Source: a virus
Lineage: Duplodnaviria; Caudoviricetes
Length of the DNA stretch: 25,637 bases
Strand: one strand, 5' to 3'
IMG/VR virus record: IMGVR_UViG_3300049000_000065
Span: 1 to 25,637 of that record
The translations under genes were made by a program, and so were the position numbers. Of this stretch, positions 16,822-25,532 are shown one piece after another. The notes under the pieces were generated by a model that made no database searches, was not told the DNA's origin, and was given only the letters and a program-made list of their open reading frames with translations. Each line of letters opens with the position of its first letter. Within the stretch, counting starts at the first letter, position 1.

Positions 16822-18299
16822 GCTTCAGCGCCGGCGCCATCACGGGATCGATCGGGCTGGACATCAGCGAATACTCGCACTCCATGCTGGAGGCGACGAG
16901 CATCGCCCATATCTTCCCCTCCACCGTGACCAGCTTCCTGGCCTCGCCCCTGCTCGGCCTGGTGGACATCGCCAAGCGGGCGGGGGAGGCCATCGTGGGG
17001 GCGTTCACCTCGGTCGGCCGCGCGGCCGACAACGCCGGCGAGGCGGCCGAGCGGGCGGGCGTGTCGGTCGAGTTCCTCACCAGCGTCGGGGCCGCCGCCA
17101 AGGACTCGGGCAGCAGCGTTCAGGGGCTGGGGGACGCCCTGAAGTTTTTGAACAACAACGCCGCCGACGCCGCTTCGGGCAACGAGCAGACGGCCAAGAA
17201 CTTCACCGACCTGGGCGTGAGCGTCACCAGCGCCGGGGGGAAGCTCAAGGGCACCGAGGCCCTGTTCTTCGAGTTGGCCGACGCGATCGCCAAGCTCCCC
17301 ACCGCCGCCCAGAAGACGCAGGCCGCCATGAACCTGCTGGGGCGCGGGGGGGTGGACATGATCCCGACGCTGAACAAGGGGTCCGCCTCGATCAAGGAGT
17401 TCGCCGCCCAGATCACCGAGTTGGGCGGCGCCATCGGCACCGACCTGGCGGCGGCCGGCGACAAGTTCGGCGCGCTGGAGACCTTCGTGGGCGCGGCCTG
17501 GGACGGGATCAAGAAGTCGGTCGCCCAGCCGATCCTCCAGTACGTCGCCGACCACTTCGAGGAGATTTTAGTCATGGTGAAGGGGGTGGCCGGACAGGTC
17601 CGCCAAGCGGCGGGTGGCGTGGGCACGTCGATCGTCGCGGCGATCCCCGACCTCCTCAAATTCGCCGGCGCGGTCGCGTCCGGCGTGGTCAAGGCGCTGC
17701 AGGCGCTGGCCACCGTCGCCGCCTTCGTCGCCCGCCACCTCGACGCCCTTAAGGCCGTGCTGGGCGCGGCGGGGCTGGTATTGGCGGCGGAACTGGGAAT
17801 GAAAGCCATCGGCGGCCTGGCCGGCGCCTTCGCCACCCTCATCCCACAACTTGCCGCCGCCACCGCCGCGCAGACGGCTTTCAACGCGGCGCGGGCGGGG
17901 CTCCTCACGGCGGGGATCGGCGCGGCGGTCGGGGGGATCGCCGGCGACGGCGGGATGGGCTCGCTCGCCGGCGGGGCCGGGGGCGGCATCTTGGGTCGGC
18001 TGATCGGGGGGCTGATCGGCTCGATCTTCGGCCCCCTCGGCACGCTCATCGGGCAGTGGGTCGGCGCGTTGGGCGGGGCCGTGGCCGGCGGGAAGGTCGG
18101 CACCGCCCTGGGCGGCGGCGGGTCGGGCGGGGGCACCCGCATCGAGCAGGTGAACGTCACGGTGCCCCCGGTGGACACGAACGAGGCCTCCAGCCAGATC
18201 GCAGCCAAGATACGCCCCGGTCTCCAGGAGGGGATCAAGAAGCAAAAGAAACAACTGCACGCGGCCCGCTCGGCCGAGCTGGTGTTGCGGTCCCTGTAG
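16818..18299 (+). CDS. Tail tape measure protein
   Basis: AGAITGSIGLD start, AERAGVSVEFL, F.DLGVSV, AMNLLGRGG.DMIP.LN.G, Gly/Ala-rich hydrophobic C-terminal half. Confidence 0.92.
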   Translation: MSFSAGAITGSIGLDISEYSHSMLEATSIAHIFPSTVTSFLASPLLGLVDIAKRAGEAIVGAFTSVGRAADNAGEAAERAGVSVEFLTSVGAAAKDSGSSVQGLGDALKFLNNNAADAASGNEQTAKNFTDLGVSVTSAGGKLKGTEALFFELADAIAKLPTAAQKTQAAMNLLGRGGVDMIPTLNKGSASIKEFAAQITELGGAIGTDLAAAGDKFGALETFVGAAWDGIKKSVAQPILQYVADHFEEILVMVKGVAGQVRQAAGGVGTSIVAAIPDLLKFAGAVASGVVKALQALATVAAFVARHLDALKAVLGAAGLVLAAELGMKAIGGLAGAFATLIPQLAAATAAQTAFNAARAGLLTAGIGAAVGGIAGDGGMGSLAGGAGGGILGRLIGGLIGSIFGPLGTLIGQWVGALGGAVAGGKVGTALGGGGSGGGTRIEQVNVTVPPVDTNEASSQIAAKIRPGLQEGIKKQKKQLHAARSAELVLRSL

Positions 18300-18326
18300 T
18301 CGCGGTCGTAGTCGCCGGTCGATCCC

Positions 18327-19541
18327 ATGGCCACCTTCGACAACATCTTCCAGGCCACGGTCGGCGGCGACACCTTCCAGTTGTCCGATTACACCGTGCG
18401 TGTCGAGCCGATCCTCAAGGACCCCTACGGGCGGGTCGGCAGCACGGTGGAGATCAGCGGGGAGGGGTGGGTCGAGGCCAGCTCGCCTTTGGGCTTCACG
18501 GCCGCCCTGGGCAGCGCCTACGCGGGGATGCGGAGGGACGGTCGGAACTTCGCAATCCGCGGACTCGGCGGGCAGATCGAGGTCGAGCTCCTCGCCGCCG
18601 CTTGCGTCGAGGGGGGGCCTTGGATCGGGTTCGAGGTATTGCAGCAGAAGGGGGGCAGCCAGCTCGTCAAGGAGTTCCGCTTCAAGGTCCATGCCAAGAC
18701 CTATGAGGACTGGGGGACGGCTGGCCAGTACAAGGTGCGCACGGCCGAGCGGCCCAACGGCCTGCGCACGGTGACGGTCAGTGGGGAGAACAACGGCCCG
18801 GGGGTGGGCGCTTCGTTCCTGGCCACCATCCAGCCGAAGTTCCGCGCCCTCTATCCACAGAAGTTGTGGGTGATGACGCACGAATACGAGACCAACGCGC
18901 TACAGGACCACCTGGAGTGGTCGATGCAGTTCGTGGAGCTGCTCGACCCGCTGCCGGTGTCGGCGGGGGGCACGGCGGTGGACGGGGAGGCCACCACCCG
19001 CATCGAGCGCGACGAGCAGATGCGGCTGGTGACGGACGTGACCTTCGATCTGTTGGTGGTGGGCGACACCGACGACCTGCTCAAGGCGCTGCGTGCCGGC
19101 ATCCAGGGGGTGATCCTGAAGGAAGGGTCGGAGGTGACGTTCCACAAGGAGCAGCGGCTGCGGGCGCATTTCAGCATGCTCCAGGGGGGTGACGGGAACG
19201 CGCTGATGAACTGGGAGCAGACGCTGGAGGCGGAGGGGGAGGATCCGCCGCTGATCGGGATCGAGTATCCGGGGAGCGACCCGATCATCCTCTTCGGCCC
19301 GAGCCCGGCCCACCACTACGTGCAGCGCGGGCGGGCCATCGGGGCGGGGCAGTTCGTCAAGCCGCCGCCGCCGATCTGGGGGCAGGACATCAGCGAGCCC
19401 CGCAAGACGGGGTTCACGCCGCTCAACGAGGTCGAGCGGGAGACGGTGTGGGAGTACCACTACCTGTTCAAGAACTCGCAGACGGTGACAGCGGCGATCC
19501 TGGCCCAGCTGGCCCGGCCGGCCGCCCCTTCCTTTTACTAG
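18327..19541 (+). CDS. Tail protein (distal tail/tip, positional)
   Basis: 404 aa beta-rich ORF directly after the tape measure. Confidence 0.55.
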   Translation: MATFDNIFQATVGGDTFQLSDYTVRVEPILKDPYGRVGSTVEISGEGWVEASSPLGFTAALGSAYAGMRRDGRNFAIRGLGGQIEVELLAAACVEGGPWIGFEVLQQKGGSQLVKEFRFKVHAKTYEDWGTAGQYKVRTAERPNGLRTVTVSGENNGPGVGASFLATIQPKFRALYPQKLWVMTHEYETNALQDHLEWSMQFVELLDPLPVSAGGTAVDGEATTRIERDEQMRLVTDVTFDLLVVGDTDDLLKALRAGIQGVILKEGSEVTFHKEQRLRAHFSMLQGGDGNALMNWEQTLEAEGEDPPLIGIEYPGSDPIILFGPSPAHHYVQRGRAIGAGQFVKPPPPIWGQDISEPRKTGFTPLNEVERETVWEYHYLFKNSQTVTAAILAQLARPAAPSFY

Positions 19542-19558
19542 CAACCGGCAACCGATTC

Positions 19559-22072
19559 ATGGCCCAGCGCTACTTCAACATCATCACCTTCCACCCCGGC
19601 GGCGGCGGCACGGGGCTGGTGTTGACGCTGGACAACGACTGGGTGATGACGCCGGGCGTCGAGCCGAACGTGAACACGGCGGTGTGCAGCTACAAGGAGT
19701 TCGACAAGCTGCCAAAGGACCTTTTCGATTTGAGCGGGGACGTGTGCTTCTGGTTCCACGGCGACCCCACCGGGGTGGACGGGGAGGGGGTCGCCAACCG
19801 GCCGGACGTGCGGATCAACAAGGTGAGCCTGGTGAGCGTGGACGTGAGCAAGTGGGGGCGGATCGACGAGCCGCCCTTCAACGTGCGGATCACGGAGTAC
19901 CGGCTCTACCTGGCCGACCGGCGGCAGGCGTTCGTCTGGCCGAGGGGCGGGTTCCTGCAACTGGGGGACCTCAACGCCGAGCCGTTCAACGCCTTCGGGA
20001 CGCAGGACCGCAACGGGCAGCCGAACCGCAGTGTGAAGTGGATGGTGGAGCGGTGCCTGGAGGCGATGGGGGAGGACGTGACCAATGATGTGGTGGTGCC
20101 GGCGGCGCTGAGCGACGTGCCCCGGCCGATGAACGTGCAGTGGCGCGGGAACCACGCCCCCACCGAGCTGGCCAAGTTGCTGGAGCATAACGGGTACGTG
20201 CTGATCGTGCGGACGGACGGGCACTTCCGGCTGGAGCAGATCGGGGACGGGAACGTGCCGGAGATCAACACCGACCAGGCGTTGCCGCCGTTGCCGGTGC
20301 CCAACGTGGACCGGCGGGGGAAGATCGTGGTCATCACCAGCCACCCCAACGCGGTGGTGGTAACTCAAACCTTCAAGCTCAACACCGAGTCGGGCAGCGA
20401 CTTTGACTTCGTGGTGCAGGACGACGACGACGTCTGGAAGCCGCTGGCGGCGGTGAGCTTCTTCCAGGCGCTGGACCCGGTCGAGGCGGTGAAGACCAAC
20501 TTCTTCGGGGTGCCGGAGAAGTATCGGGCGCGGGTGGCCACGCAGACCTACCGCTGCATCCGGCTGGACCCGGGGACGTTCGGGCCGACGCCGATGTTGC
20601 GGTGGCGGGTGGAGAAGCCGGCTGGGAAGGTGGGGGGACTGCAGCCGATCCAGGTGCGGGCCATTCTGCCGGTGCTGCAGCAGGATGGGAGTTGGGTCAA
20701 CAGCACCGACCTGGTGACTGCCCACCCGGCGCACCTGCTGGCCGAGGGCGCGGTGCTGACGACGAGTGAGCGCCTCGGCAAGATCGACGGGGGGTCTACG
20801 ATCGACCAGCCCGACGCCGACTTCGCGGAGCTGGAGGATGATGAGTTGGAGATCCGGGTCAGTTACGAGGCGATGTTCCAGGCGAAGGCCGACCCGGCCG
20901 ACCAGGGGGGAGAGCAGGCGTGGCGGTTCGAGTATTTCACGGTGGGGTTCCAGCAGGACTTCGGGGGCATCCGCAAGCTCAGTGACGACGAGCTCAATAA
21001 CGCCCTGGCCGGCCCCGACCCGATCATCGTGCCGCGGCCGGAGCTCAAGCTGCTGCGGATCGACGGGAAGGATGTGAACCGCACGGACCTGGAGGGTGCG
21101 GCGCGGGACCTCGCCCCGCGCTGGCTGCGCAACAGCGGGACGCCGACGAGCCTGACCCTGGCCAAGGGGTTCCAGTTCGGCAACTGCTCGGGCAAGGTGG
21201 CGGAGGTCCGCTACACGCAGGGGCCGCCCAACGGCACGGGCGGGCCGCTGACCACGTTCAAGATCAACACCTGGTGGCTGCCGCACGGGCAGTACCTGAG
21301 CCAGAGCAAGAAGGAGTCGGGCAAGGAGGGCGGGGCGTCGGCCGGGAACGAGGCCCACCCCCAGCAGGCGCAGACGGAAGGAAGGCGGACGGCGCTGGGG
21401 GAGTCGGGCAGCACCCAGCCGGCCGTGCCGGTGCTGCCGGCCCAGCCGCCCCCGCCGCCCAAGCAGGTGGCGCTCGTGCAGGTGGTCGGCCCCGCCTACG
21501 GGGGGCCCGGCGGCGGCGCGGGGAACAACAACGGCGGCAAGTATCAGGTGCGGATCGAGAGCGGCCCGACGACGGCGATGAGCGCCGGCAACTTGGCCAT
21601 GCCCGAGGGGCTGCAGGCCGGGACGCTGGCGCTGGGCCTCAACGCGGCCGAGGACGGGTTCAAGTCCAACCTCCTGACGGACGGCTACTACCTGGGCTGG
21701 CTGGCCGGCCCCTCGACCGACAACCCGCCGGTGCCGACGGTGGTCCTCAACGCCGTCGAGCCGGCCTGCTTCCACGTGAGCGTCGAGAAGGACAACGAAG
21801 GGGAGGGCGGCAGCCAGGGCGGGGCGGGGGACGCCGACGACAGCGGCACCACGACCGCCACCTACACCTACACGGTGCGGACGCTGGACCAGTCGGCGAA
21901 GCTGGGGGAGAAGGTCGCCCCGAAGATGCAGCGCAGCCCCGGCCACAAGACGCCGGGCACGTGGGGCATCGCCTGCATCAGCGCCGGGAAGCTGGTGTTG
22001 ATCTGGGTGGACGAGGTGGAGACGACCGACGCCTGCGACGACTCCAGCGGGTCGGGGGGAGGCACGCCATGA
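19559..22072 (+). CDS. Large tail tip/hub-like protein
   Basis: About 837 aa; hub-like segment (VERCLEAMG...P.NVQWRG..APTELAKLLE..GY.L); start moved to ATG 19559. Confidence 0.6.
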   Translation: MAQRYFNIITFHPGGGGTGLVLTLDNDWVMTPGVEPNVNTAVCSYKEFDKLPKDLFDLSGDVCFWFHGDPTGVDGEGVANRPDVRINKVSLVSVDVSKWGRIDEPPFNVRITEYRLYLADRRQAFVWPRGGFLQLGDLNAEPFNAFGTQDRNGQPNRSVKWMVERCLEAMGEDVTNDVVVPAALSDVPRPMNVQWRGNHAPTELAKLLEHNGYVLIVRTDGHFRLEQIGDGNVPEINTDQALPPLPVPNVDRRGKIVVITSHPNAVVVTQTFKLNTESGSDFDFVVQDDDDVWKPLAAVSFFQALDPVEAVKTNFFGVPEKYRARVATQTYRCIRLDPGTFGPTPMLRWRVEKPAGKVGGLQPIQVRAILPVLQQDGSWVNSTDLVTAHPAHLLAEGAVLTTSERLGKIDGGSTIDQPDADFAELEDDELEIRVSYEAMFQAKADPADQGGEQAWRFEYFTVGFQQDFGGIRKLSDDELNNALAGPDPIIVPRPELKLLRIDGKDVNRTDLEGAARDLAPRWLRNSGTPTSLTLAKGFQFGNCSGKVAEVRYTQGPPNGTGGPLTTFKINTWWLPHGQYLSQSKKESGKEGGASAGNEAHPQQAQTEGRRTALGESGSTQPAVPVLPAQPPPPPKQVALVQVVGPAYGGPGGGAGNNNGGKYQVRIESGPTTAMSAGNLAMPEGLQAGTLALGLNAAEDGFKSNLLTDGYYLGWLAGPSTDNPPVPTVVLNAVEPACFHVSVEKDNEGEGGSQGGAGDADDSGTTTATYTYTVRTLDQSAKLGEKVAPKMQRSPGHKTPGTWGIACISAGKLVLIWVDEVETTDACDDSSGSGGGTP

Positions 22073-22680
22073 GCGGAGGCTACGCGCAGCTGAAGGGGGG
22101 GAAGCGGACGCTCCACGGCGGCAAGTGCATCCTGGTCGGCAAGGGCGACCCGTGCTGTTGCGGCCCCGGCGACTGCCCCGACTGCGGCGGAGGGACGGTC
22201 CCCCTGCATTTCACCTGCACCCTCGCGGCGGTTTCGCTGGCCCAAGGCTGCTCCGACGGCGGCGGGCCGATCAACTCCATCTGGATCGACCAGGCCACCC
22301 TCGCCGGCACCTTCACCCTGACCCGCCGCGATGCACTCGGCGACCCGCTGGGGGCGCTCGACGGCAAGTGCGTCTGGTTCTACGGCGAGACCCCCGGCGT
22401 CACCGTATCCGCCCAATCCTACGCCAACGTGGTCTGCAACAACCCGGACACGAAGACCGGCGACTTCGGCTTCTACGTCGAGCTTTCCCGCGAGGGGACG
22501 CAGTTCGTCCTGCGCGTGTGGCTCGGCAACGCGGACCTGCTCGTCCATGAGTTGTTCTTCAATGAGAGCAACCCGACCGACGACTGCGACACAAGCGCGA
22601 ACTTCGTGGGCGGCCCGCCGGCCACCTACGTCTTCCCCAAGGGGGGCGGCGGCACCGCCACGGTCACCCCGGCGGCCTGA
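22069..22680 (+). CDS. Cys-rich putative tail-tip/receptor-binding protein (CCC motif)
   Basis: GGAGG RBS and ATGA overlap; 203 aa with 11 Cys, including KC...PCCCGPGDCPDC. Confidence 0.7.
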   Translation: MSGGYAQLKGGKRTLHGGKCILVGKGDPCCCGPGDCPDCGGGTVPLHFTCTLAAVSLAQGCSDGGGPINSIWIDQATLAGTFTLTRRDALGDPLGALDGKCVWFYGETPGVTVSAQSYANVVCNNPDTKTGDFGFYVELSREGTQFVLRVWLGNADLLVHELFFNESNPTDDCDTSANFVGGPPATYVFPKGGGGTATVTPAA

Positions 22681-22694
22681 AAGGAGGCAGCGGC

Positions 22695-23207
22695 GTGGGC
22701 ACCTTCGGAGCGAACATCACCCTCTGCCACACCTGCGCCAACGCCTGCCCGCCCCCCCGCCGCGGCGGCTGCCCTTGCCGGGCCGACGCCTCCGGCCGGG
22801 ACATCATCGAGCTGGCCAGCGCGGGCCAATGCCCCGCCGGCCTCTTCGGCAGCGCCGCCTCCGGCCCGCCCGCCGTCGCGCCGCTGAAGTCCGTGAACTG
22901 GGCCGACCTCGGCCGGGCGATGTGGGCCGAGCTGCACGGCCGGGCGCTGTCGCCGGTCGGGCTGTGCGCGTCGTGGCTGGCGGAGTGGACGAGCCGCATC
23001 CCGTGCGGCGACTGCCGGCGTCACTGGCGGGCTCTGCTGGTCGAGCTGCCGCCGGTGTTCGGGGAGGGTGCCTTTGGGTGGTCGGTGGCCGCTCACAACG
23101 CGGTCAACCGGAGGCTGGGGAAGGTGGAGAGGAGCGAAGCGGACGCGAGGGGAAAATGGTCTGTCGAGGGGGCGCCGAAGGTCGTTCGAGAGGCCGTCGA
23201 AGGCTGA
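22695..23207 (+). CDS. Erv1/Alr-family FAD-linked sulfhydryl oxidase with a Cys-rich N-terminal domain
   Basis: AAGGAGG RBS and GTG; LGRAMWAELH, IPCGDCRRHW, FGWSVAAHNAVNRRLGK and terminal W match the Erv/Alr signature. Confidence 0.85.
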   Translation: MGTFGANITLCHTCANACPPPRRGGCPCRADASGRDIIELASAGQCPAGLFGSAASGPPAVAPLKSVNWADLGRAMWAELHGRALSPVGLCASWLAEWTSRIPCGDCRRHWRALLVELPPVFGEGAFGWSVAAHNAVNRRLGKVERSEADARGKWSVEGAPKVVREAVEG

Positions 23208-23247
23208 CTGATCGAGCGGCGACATTTCAGGCCGGACGTTGAGCCTT

Positions 23248-23274
23248 AAAAAAGGCCGGTCCAATGGACCGGCC
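23248..23274 (-). terminator. Intrinsic terminator on the minus strand just inside the prophage end
   Basis: Perfect GGCCGGTCC/GGACCGGCC stem preceded on + by A6, i.e. a U6 tail on the minus strand. Confidence 0.7.
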
Positions 23275-23296
23275 GATTCCGCGCGCATAGGGTTCG

Positions 23297-23341
23297 TGCA
23301 AAGTAGCTGTCCAGAAATGCAATCTTCGGTGTCCAACTACA
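23297..23341 (-). repeat. Candidate prophage right end with two transposase-binding repeats
   Basis: Read inward: TGTAGT-TGGACAccgaagatTGCAtttc-TGGACAgctacttTGCA; TGGACA copies 22 bp apart. Confidence 0.6.
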
Positions 23342-23721
23342 GCGAGAAGCCGCCGAATCCCGAACACACGGACTGGGACATCCTGCTGAACAAGCTGCTG
23401 GGGATCGGCCTGCCGCCGGTGGCGTTGTTGATTCTGCTGTGGGCGCACTACAACTCGCGCGGGGTGTACCGGCTGGCCGGCCACACGCTGTCGGTCCCCG
23501 GCCACCCGGCGGTGGACCTCGGCCAGATCACGCGCATCGACGACCACCTGTGGGACAAGAAGGGGATCGCGTACCTGTACTACCGGGGGAACGGCGGGGA
23601 GCGGAAGATTCGACTGGATGATTTCATCTATGACCGCGAGCCGACCGACGAGATTTATCGGCGGGTCGAGGCCCATGTGAACGGCGTGGCGGACGAGGAG
23701 GCGGAGGAAGAAGCGGCGTGA
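23342..23721 (+). pseudogene. 3' remnant of a host membrane-protein gene interrupted by the prophage
   Basis: Host-like codon usage starts abruptly near 23342; HTDWDI-TM-...WDKKGIA.L.Y...LDDFIYDREPTDEI resembles a conserved planctomycete protein as I recall it; no convincing RBS/start upstream. Confidence 0.6.
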
Positions 23722-23726
23722 GGGAT

Positions 23727-23755
23727 AGTGGCATAGGCGTCTCGCCCATGCCACT
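23727..23755. repeat. REP-like palindrome
   Basis: AGTGGCATAGGCG-tct-CGCCCATGCCACT, 12 of 13 pairs. Confidence 0.55.
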
Positions 23756-23766
23756 TCCTACAGACC

Positions 23767-23808
23767 CACCCCGCGCCGGCCGACGAGGCTGGCGCGGGGT
23801 GTTTTTTT
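23767..23808 (+). terminator. Intrinsic terminator of the host gene
   Basis: 15-bp stem CACCCCGCGCCGGCC/GGCTGGCGCGGGGTG (one G-U), 5-nt loop, T7 tail. Confidence 0.9.
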
Positions 23809-25532
23809 CTACGACGGCAAAGCTGACTGGCGGGGGGTGAGCCTCTGATGTAGGGTCATAGGCTCCCACACGGAGGTATGACAATGGCCAGGAAGGCCTC
23901 CCGCCCCGATCCCACGGCCGAGCAGACGCTACGGCCGGTACTGGAAGCGTGCCCGCACTGCGGCGGGCCGTTGCGTTTCGATTACGACAACTGGCGGACT
24001 GTTTCCACTCTGGGCCCAGTGCTGCGGTTGCGGTTGAAGGTCGCCCGCTGCCACGGTCGGACGTGTACCCGCTTCCACAAGCCCTACCGGCCCGAGGCGG
24101 AGGGGCGGCTGGCGTTGCCGCAGCACGAGTTCGGCCTGGACGTGATCGCGCTGGTCGGGGCACTACGCTACCGCCAACACCGCAGCGTGCCGGAGGTCCA
24201 CCGGGAGTTAGCCTCCCGGGGCCTGGTCGTCTGCGAGCGCACCGTGACCAACCTGCTGGACCGCTACGACGAGTTGGTGGCGGCGCGAATGGGCGACGGC
24301 GAGCGGCTGCGCGGGTTGCTGGCGAAGCAAGGCCGGGTGGTCCTCGCCATCGACGGGCTGCAGCCGGACGTGGGCCACGAGGTGCTGTGGGTGCTGCGCG
24401 ACTGCCTCAGCGGCGAGGTGCTGCTGGCCCGGAGCCTTCTGTCGAGCACCGAGGCGGACTTGGCGGCGTTGATCGAGGAGGTCAAGGCGGGGTTGGACCG
24501 GGGGCCGGGGGAGGGACCTGTCCCGGTCGCCGCCGCGGTCTCCGACGGCCAGCACTCGGTCCGCAACGCGGTGGCCAGGGCCCTGCCGGGGGTGCCGCAC
24601 CAACTCTGCCACTTCCACTACCTGCGGGAGGCGGCCCGCCCGCTGTACGAGATGGACCGTCACGCCAAGAAGGAACTCAAGAAGCAGGTGCGCGACGTCC
24701 GCCCCATCGAGCGGGCGGTGGAGGCGCGGGCGGCCGCGGGCGACGCCCAGGCCGCCGCGGTGCTGGGCTACTGCTCTGCGGTGCGGTCGGCGGTCACCGA
24801 CGACGGCCGCCCGCCGCTGGAGGCCAGTGGCCTGAAGTTGCACGAGCGGCTCGCCGCCGTCGCCGCCAGCCTTGCCTCCGTCGAGCAAAAGGGGGCCTGC
24901 CCAAGGAACTGACGAAGTTGAAGGGGGTCATCGACAAGGGGCTGGAGCGGACGGCCGACCTGTGGCCGGACGTACGGGCGGGCTTCGACTTCGTCCACCG
25001 CGCCGCCCGCGTCCTGAAGAACGAGCCCGGAGGCGGGACGCCCTTGGAGGGGGAGGCGGTGCGGCGGCAGTACCAGGCGCTGCTGGACGACGCCCGCCGC
25101 GTCGCGGGCCGGGCGGCGGAGGGGGGTGACCTGCGCCAGGGGCTGGAGCACTTCCTGAAAGTCACCGCCAGTTACGAGCCGGGCCTCTTCCATTGCTACG
25201 ACACCGCCGGCCTGCCGCGGACCAACAACGCCTTGGAGCAGTTATTCGGCTCGACCCGCCACCACGAGCGCCGCTGCACCGGCCGCAAGGCCGCCAGCCC
25301 TGGGTTGGTCCTCCGCGGCTCGGTCCGAATCGCCGCCGGGCTGGCCACGCGTGGCCAGTGCTTCAGCGGCGAGGAGTTAGCCCCGACCGACCTACAGGCG
25401 TGGCGCGAGGTGAGAGCCGGGCTCGAAAGACGACGCCAGCAACGCGTGTCCCGCTGCCGATTCCGCCGCGACCCCGCTGCCTACCTTCACCAACTCGAGG
25501 CGGCCTTACTCAAGCCAACTTTGCCGTCGTAG
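23809..25532 (+). mobile_element. Complete insertion sequence (~1.72 kb), family not firmly assigned (ISNCY/IS256-like DDE)
   Basis: Terminal IRs CTACGACGGCAAAGCTGACT vs CTACGACGGCAAAGTTGGCT (18/20); transposase stop TAG lies at the end of the right IR. Confidence 0.9.
23884..25532 (+). CDS. DDE transposase in two frames joined by a -1 frameshift at A AAG GGG (24888-24894)
   Basis: OrfA: CPHC...C....C zinc finger, HTH, AIDGLQP, AVSDGQ, QLCHFH; OrfB: PRTNNALE; GGAGG RBS favours ATG 23884. Confidence 0.88.

Larger units (their letters stand above)
1..23341 (+). mobile_element. Mu-like (transposable) prophage, late operon and right end; early genes and left end lie outside the window
   Basis: Co-oriented, tightly coupled head-neck-tail genes; Mu gp27/gp28-type terminase pair; candidate transposon-type end ...GTCCAACTACA at 23341 fused to a truncated host gene. 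Confidence 0.85.

Noticed and set aside
1225-21946. Many long minus-strand and alternate-frame ORFs (e.g. 1611-3557, 4303-5940, 19538-21946)
   Set aside because: Shadows of GC-rich real genes; Arg/Pro/Gly-rich or antisense-pattern sequence without motifs
15686-22072. Contractile (Mu-type myovirus) tail or tailocin
   Set aside because: No sheath or baseplate wedge genes are recognisable, and a full head module is present
1-23341. Genome-wide TGA recoding in the phage
   Set aside because: TGA terminates many genes at ATGA/TGATG overlaps; only one in-frame case was found
23239-23341. N-terminal part of the 160-aa ORF as genuine coding sequence
   Set aside because: It runs through a terminator hairpin and the candidate end repeats with atypical codons; best explained as chance open frame fused to the host remnant
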